NCBI GenBank assembly: GCA_963746845.1
Contig: CAVVCZ010000004.1
Location: 96,001-160,000 of the forward strand
Reading direction: 5' to 3'
Origin: an uncultured Chloroflexia bacterium
GTDB taxonomy: Bacteria; Chloroflexota; Limnocylindria; Limnocylindrales; CSP1-4
Length of the DNA: 64,000 nt
Of this stretch, positions 59,444 to 64,000 are shown one piece after another. The notes beneath the pieces are model-generated. The model had not been told where the DNA came from. It searched no databases and saw nothing but the letters and a program-made list of their open reading frames with translations. The stretch's first letter is position 1. Each line of letters starts with the position of its first letter. A program made the position numbers and the translations under genes.

Positions 59444-60724
59444 CTATTGCAGGGCAGCGGTGATCGCCGCGGCCGTCGCCGCGACCACCGGATCGGCGCT
59501 GAAGGTCTTGCCCTGGATCTCCTTGGTCATGGCGTCCTGGAACGCCTTCTGGACGGCGTCCCAATGGGGCATGAAACCGCTTCCCGGCTTCGAATAGGGT
59601 GCTTCGGAGACGAGCACATCGGAGCCCTTCGGCGGGGGGACATCGGTTCGCGACGGCAAGGCCGCGCCGGTACCGGTCCAGGCCGTCATCCCGTCCTTGC
59701 CGGTCAGATACGACAGGAGGGCCCAGCCCTGGTCCTTGTTCTTCGAGTCGGCGCCGATCGAGTAGGACACGGTGAAGTGGATCGTGACCGGGCTGCCGGA
59801 CGTGCCGGTCGGCACGACGCCCCAGGCGTACTTGGTGTCCGGATACGCGCTGGTCATCGCACCGTCGAGCCAGGCCCCTTCGAACGCGATGGCGGCATCG
59901 CCCTTGCCGAGCGCGTCGCCGCACCAGCCGTCGCCCATGTCGCTCGCCGTCATCCCCTGGCCGTTCTTGAACAGGTCGAGGTACCACTGAACCGCCGCTT
60001 TCGAGGCGGGCGTGCTGATCTGCTCGGTCTTGCCGTCTGCCGACAGGAGCGAGCCGCCCTGGGCGTACAGGAAGGCGAGGCCACGATCGAGGCCCGGGTT
60101 GAGGCAGATCGGCGCCTTGAGCTTGCCCGCGCCTTTGAGGCCGCCCGCAGTCGTCACGAGATCCGCCATCGACGCCGGCGCCGCCGTCACCAACGAGCTG
60201 TTGTAGGCCATGCCGATCGTGCTGCCGTCCTTCGGGAACCCGTATGTCTTCCCGTCGGTGCCCTTGAAGATCGAGGCATAGCCCGGAAAGAATGGGCTCG
60301 TGTCGAAATTGGACTTCGCGATGTAGTCGTCCAGCGGCGACAGGAATCCCTGGTCGATCCACTGTTGGGCGTAGTCCGCATTCACGTAGAAGACGTCCGG
60401 GACGTCGTGCGAGGCGAAGTTCGTGGCCATGACCGTCGCGTAGTCACCGGCGATCGGCTGGTAGTCCACCTTGATGTTCGGGTTCGCGGCCTGGAAGTCG
60501 AGCAGCGTCTGGGTCAGCGCGTTGCCCTCGGCCGGCGAGGCCTGCCACCCCGACAGGACGGCCGTCCCGCTGACCGCGGCGGCCTCGGAGCTGGCGCTCG
60601 GAGCTGCTCCCTGGGAGCTCGCTGCTTGTGAAGGGCTGGTCTCCTTAGAGGGAGCACTCGAGCTGCTGCTCGTGCAGGCCGCCACGATGGCGGCGGTCGT
60701 GATGACCGCCACGAAACGACGCAT
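59444..60724 (-). CDS. sugar ABC substrate-binding lipoprotein
   Basis: Lipobox VAAC, Ser-rich linker, PDVFYV, YGFPKD; AAGGAGG RBS. Confidence 0.92.
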   Translation of the reverse strand: MRRFVAVITTAAIVAACTSSSSSAPSKETSPSQAASSQGAAPSASSEAAAVSGTAVLSGWQASPAEGNALTQTLLDFQAANPNIKVDYQPIAGDYATVMATNFASHDVPDVFYVNADYAQQWIDQGFLSPLDDYIAKSNFDTSPFFPGYASIFKGTDGKTYGFPKDGSTIGMAYNSSLVTAAPASMADLVTTAGGLKGAGKLKAPICLNPGLDRGLAFLYAQGGSLLSADGKTEQISTPASKAAVQWYLDLFKNGQGMTASDMGDGWCGDALGKGDAAIAFEGAWLDGAMTSAYPDTKYAWGVVPTGTSGSPVTIHFTVSYSIGADSKNKDQGWALLSYLTGKDGMTAWTGTGAALPSRTDVPPPKGSDVLVSEAPYSKPGSGFMPHWDAVQKAFQDAMTKEIQGKTFSADPVVAATAAAITAALQ

Positions 60725-60777
60725 TGCCGCGTTCCTCCTTCCGGAAACGCCCGGCGGTCGAGTTGACCACCCGAGCG

Positions 60778-60795
60778 CGTGGTACCGGTTCCACG
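60778..60795. promoter_or_regulatory. LacI-family operator
   Basis: cgTGGTACCGGTTCCAcg near-perfect palindrome with central CG, upstream of the sugar operon and next to lacI. Confidence 0.75.
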
Positions 60796-60886
60796 GCGCT
60801 TGCAGCGATAGTAGTCGCGTCGTCAATACCCCTGCATCGGCGTCCTGGCGATCCCGGTGGATCGCTCGGTCGAGCGGCCAGTGGCA

Positions 60887-61900
60887 TCAATCCGGCGGCG
60901 GTCCCGCCGTTGCTCGAACCATGAGCTCGACCGGCAGCACCTCGCGCACGGGTCGACCTTCCGCCCCGTCCATCGCGGCGAGCAGCAGGGCGACCCCGCG
61001 ACGCCCGGACTCGAACAGCGGCTGGCGGACAGTGGTGAGGCCGAGGTCTGCCGCGATGTCGATGTCGTCATATCCGATCACCGACAGGCGGTCCGGGACG
61101 GGGATGCCAGCGAGCCGGGCGGCCTCGAGGACGCCGAGGGCTTCGATGTCACTGCCGCAGACGATCGCCGTCGGAGGCGGCGACAGCGTGAGCATCTCGG
61201 CTCCGGCTCGTCGCGCCGTCTCGCGCGGCATGCCGCCCGTGTGGACGTACTCGGGGCGGAGTGCGAGGCCAGCCGAGCGCAGGGCAGAAGCGACACCGAT
61301 TCGTCGCAATCGGCTCGGTGAGAACTTGAAGCGCGTCAACGGATCGTCGCCCAGGAAACCGATCCGGCGATGACCGAGGCCAAGGAGGTAGGTCGCGGCC
61401 AGCCGGCCGCCGGCAACGTCGTCGACCACGACCCGACTCAGGGATCGGTGGTGCCCGTCCACAAGGATCGTCGGGATCCCGGTCCGTTCGATCTGGGCGA
61501 GCTCGCCTGCGTGGGGCGACAGGGACACGATGATCAGGCCGTCCACTCGATCGCGTCGGGCGAGGTGACGGATGACAGTCTCCCGTCGCTCGGGCGTCTC
61601 GATGTTGAAGACGACCAGGTCGTAGGGAGTGTGCGCCAATGCCGACTCGATCCCGAGCAGGCGCTCGACCACCGATGGCCGCGTGAGGAACGGCACGATC
61701 ACGCCGATCGCACCTGTGCGTCCGGTTGACAAGCCGCGGGCGATGGCGCTCGGGACGTAGTCAAGGTCGGCAATCGCCCGGAGCACCCGCCGGCGCGTCT
61801 CGGGATCGACGCGCGGGCTGTCGTTGAGCACTCTGCTGACGGTTCCGACCCCGACATCGGCGAGCCGTGCGACATCCCTGATCGTCGGTCCCGCCTTCAA
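60887..61900 (-). CDS. LacI-family transcriptional regulator
   Basis: TIRDVARLADVGVGTVSRVLN, LSVIGYDD, LTTVRQP. Confidence 0.95.
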   Translation of the reverse strand: MKAGPTIRDVARLADVGVGTVSRVLNDSPRVDPETRRRVLRAIADLDYVPSAIARGLSTGRTGAIGVIVPFLTRPSVVERLLGIESALAHTPYDLVVFNIETPERRETVIRHLARRDRVDGLIIVSLSPHAGELAQIERTGIPTILVDGHHRSLSRVVVDDVAGGRLAATYLLGLGHRRIGFLGDDPLTRFKFSPSRLRRIGVASALRSAGLALRPEYVHTGGMPRETARRAGAEMLTLSPPPTAIVCGSDIEALGVLEAARLAGIPVPDRLSVIGYDDIDIAADLGLTTVRQPLFESGRRGVALLLAAMDGAEGRPVREVLPVELMVRATAGPPPD

Positions 61901-62151
61901 ACCAGCCTCCGCTCTTCCATCGATCTCACGGACTCAGAGTCTAGACGCGGCGGGGCGATCGACACGTCAGGCCACCAGTTCAGCCCTCCCCGGTTGACAG
62001 CAGTGGAGAAGGCAGGGTCGGGGCTCCGGCGTCACGACGAAGGCCTGACGCGACGCCCGGGCCGCGGCCAGATCGGGTCACCGCCCGTCATCCGATCGTC
62101 GCGATCCCGGTGCAGGATTCGGGCATGACACAGACCACCCGAGGACCTGAG

Positions 62152-62610
62152 ATGACCGACGCGAACACCACCCCGACTCCGGCCACGCTGACCGACGACG
62201 ACTGGAAGGACCGGCTCACGCCCGAGCAGTACCGCGTCCTCCGCAAGAAGGGCACCGAGCGCGCGTTCAGCGGAGCGCTCTGGGACGAGCATCGACCGGG
62301 CACCTACCGCTGCGCGGGCTGTGGAACGGAGCTCTTCCGATCCGAGGCGAAGTTCGAGTCGGGGACCGGCTGGCCCAGCTTCTACGCACCGGCGGATCCG
62401 AACGCCGTCGCCATCGAGACGGACCGATCGCTGTTCATGACCCGTACGGAGGCGCTCTGCGCCACCTGCGGCGGGCACCTCGGCCATGTGTTCAACGACG
62501 GCCCGCGACCCACCGGGCTGCGGTACTGCATGAACTCCGCATCGCTGACGCTCGACCCGGACGATGCCCGCGAGGTGACGCCACTGCGGGACCCGACGAA
62601 GGGGTCCTGA
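62152..62610 (+). CDS. msrB: peptide-methionine (R)-S-oxide reductase
   Basis: [42 protein letters not shown]; alternative start at 62125. Confidence 0.95.
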   Translation: MTDANTTPTPATLTDDDWKDRLTPEQYRVLRKKGTERAFSGALWDEHRPGTYRCAGCGTELFRSEAKFESGTGWPSFYAPADPNAVAIETDRSLFMTRTEALCATCGGHLGHVFNDGPRPTGLRYCMNSASLTLDPDDAREVTPLRDPTKGS

Positions 62611-62783
62611 CCGGGTTGGGACAGGCGGCGCCTCGGACGCCGCCCACGTCCTCGCAGAGGATGCCGGCACCCTTGCGCGAGTCCGCGAGAATCATCCCGT
62701 CCGGGTGATGTCGCCGGCCGGCGGCGGAATGATGCCGTCTCCCGATAAACTCCGGGAACCAAGGAAATGAAGGGAGTCGCGGT

Positions 62784-63206
62784 ATGGGCCTCGGTCCGCT
62801 CGAGTACATCGCCATCGCCTTTCCGGGGAACCAGTTCTCCGGGGAGATCATCCCGGCCATCAAGGAGCTTCAGGACTCGGGAACGATCCGCGTCCTCGAC
62901 CTCGTGATCATCAGCAAGGACGCGGCGGGTAACGTCACGGCCATCGAGGCGTCGGACGCCAGCCCGGAGCAGGCTGCGGTGCTCGCTGCCCTCGGCCTCC
63001 GGACCCAGAACCTCCTGGGCGAGGAGGACATCGAGGAGATCGGCGGCGCGCTCGACCCGAACAGCACGGCCGGCCTGATGATCTGGGAGAACGTGTGGGC
63101 CGCCAGGTTCGCCGAGTCCCTTCGGAACGCCAAGGGTGAGCTCATCGCCAACGGTCGCATCCCGGCCCAGGTGGTCGAGGACGTCATGGCGGCTTCGGTC
63201 CCCTGA
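62784..63206 (+). CDS. DUF6325/DUF1269-like protein
   Basis: GPLEYIAIAFPG, IRVLDL, WENVWA, GRIP. Confidence 0.8.
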   Translation: MGLGPLEYIAIAFPGNQFSGEIIPAIKELQDSGTIRVLDLVIISKDAAGNVTAIEASDASPEQAAVLAALGLRTQNLLGEEDIEEIGGALDPNSTAGLMIWENVWAARFAESLRNAKGELIANGRIPAQVVEDVMAASVP

Positions 63207-63252
63207 CCCGACCCGATCACACCAGCGCATAGCGCGAAAGGAGCGACTTCTC

Positions 63253-63549
63253 ATGATGCGACGCAGGGGTGGTCTCATGCGCGCCGCCGCCACGACGGCC
63301 GTGGTGGCCGGAACGGCGGGAGCGGTGAGGCACCATCAAGCCCAGAAGTACCAGTCCCAGGCCGAAGCGCAGGCGTATGAGCAGCAGCAGGCCGCCGCGG
63401 CCTATGCACCGGCTCCCGAGGCAGCTCCCGCGGCTCCCGCCGTGGATCCGCAGACGGCCCAGCTCCAGAATCTCGCTCAGCTCCACGCAACCGGCGTCCT
63501 GACCGACGAGGAGTACGCGGCGGCGAAGGCCAAGGCCCTCGGCATCTGA
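63253..63549 (+). CDS. SHOCT-domain protein
   Basis: RAAATTAVVAGTA; LAQLHATGVLTDEEYAAAKAKAL. Confidence 0.85.
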   Translation: MMRRRGGLMRAAATTAVVAGTAGAVRHHQAQKYQSQAEAQAYEQQQAAAAYAPAPEAAPAAPAVDPQTAQLQNLAQLHATGVLTDEEYAAAKAKALGI

Positions 63550-63617
63550 CGACGTCCTGACGACGCGGGTCCCGGCTCGGAGGGGCGAGCAAGGCCCGCG
63601 TCGATCCATGTCCGGGA

Positions 63618-64000
63618 TCAGGCGACCCAGATCGTCCGCCCGCCCCGGACCGTCCGGGCCACCTCCGCGACGATCGCCGGCGTCCCCGCCACGATGCCGA
63701 CCAGCAGCCAATCGAAGGCATCGAGCGGTGTCGCGTGGAAGGCGGAGGCGAGCGGCGGGATCGCCGGGATGAGCGCCTGGATCGCGACGACGGAGACGCC
63801 GGTGGCGAGCAGGACCGTGTTCCTGCCGAGGCGATGGATCGGCTGCCGGATGCTCCGGTTCCAGTACGCCCGCACGCACTGGCCGACCACGAGCGCGGTG
63901 TACGCCAGCCACGCTGCGTGGTCGAACCCGCCGTCGTGCGTGAGCATGACGACGAGGGCAGCGACCGCGGTGAAGCCGCCGGCGAGCGTGATCCCGACGA
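63618..64000 (-). CDS. C-terminus of a cation-transporting P-type ATPase (partial)
   Basis: AYWNRS..QP, IPPLASAFHATPL..DW match the P-type ATPase C-terminal membrane region; runs off the window. Confidence 0.7.
   Translation of the reverse strand, partial: VGITLAGGFTAVAALVVMLTHDGGFDHAAWLAYTALVVGQCVRAYWNRSIRQPIHRLGRNTVLLATGVSVVAIQALIPAIPPLASAFHATPLDAFDWLLVGIVAGTPAIVAEVARTVRGGRTIWVA

Overview
A 64 kb, very GC-rich bacterial chromosomal segment with about 60 densely packed genes. The gene content and style suggest a monoderm soil or freshwater lineage such as Chloroflexota (Limnocylindria/Ellin6529-like) or an actinobacterium; this is inference, as no marker gene is present. I found no rRNA, tRNA, CRISPR array, integrase or transposase. 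Many genes carry single-base indels (near 12.8, 16.35, 21.9-22.5, 27-29, 30.7, 38.3, 43.0 and 58.0-58.3 kb), most simply explained as uncorrected long-read errors. Main content: a NEW3-domain ABC system, FGGY kinase with an ADPS-like oxidase, DUF3090/SCO1664, a Mo-oxidoreductase, pxpABC, a class A PBP, a copper cluster (CopC/D, cytochrome c), zur-znuACB with a divergent YibE/F gene, small stress genes, msrA and msrB, mgtE, a GH25 muramidase and a LacI-controlled sugar island. The most interesting signals are three. (1) Three clear and one faint decayed copies of the msrA 3' end lie between unrelated cassette-like genes at 39.4-42.3 kb, just downstream of msrA, suggesting a gene-accretion hotspot with no integrase in view. 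(2) A probably leaderless membrane protein ends in a RAPP arrest motif whose codons are complementary to the Shine-Dalgarno of the downstream copper operon, a candidate copper-sensing translational attenuator. (3) A GC-shifted 7-1-7 Zur-like box (TGAGACT-N-AGTCTCA) occurs twice in the zinc locus.
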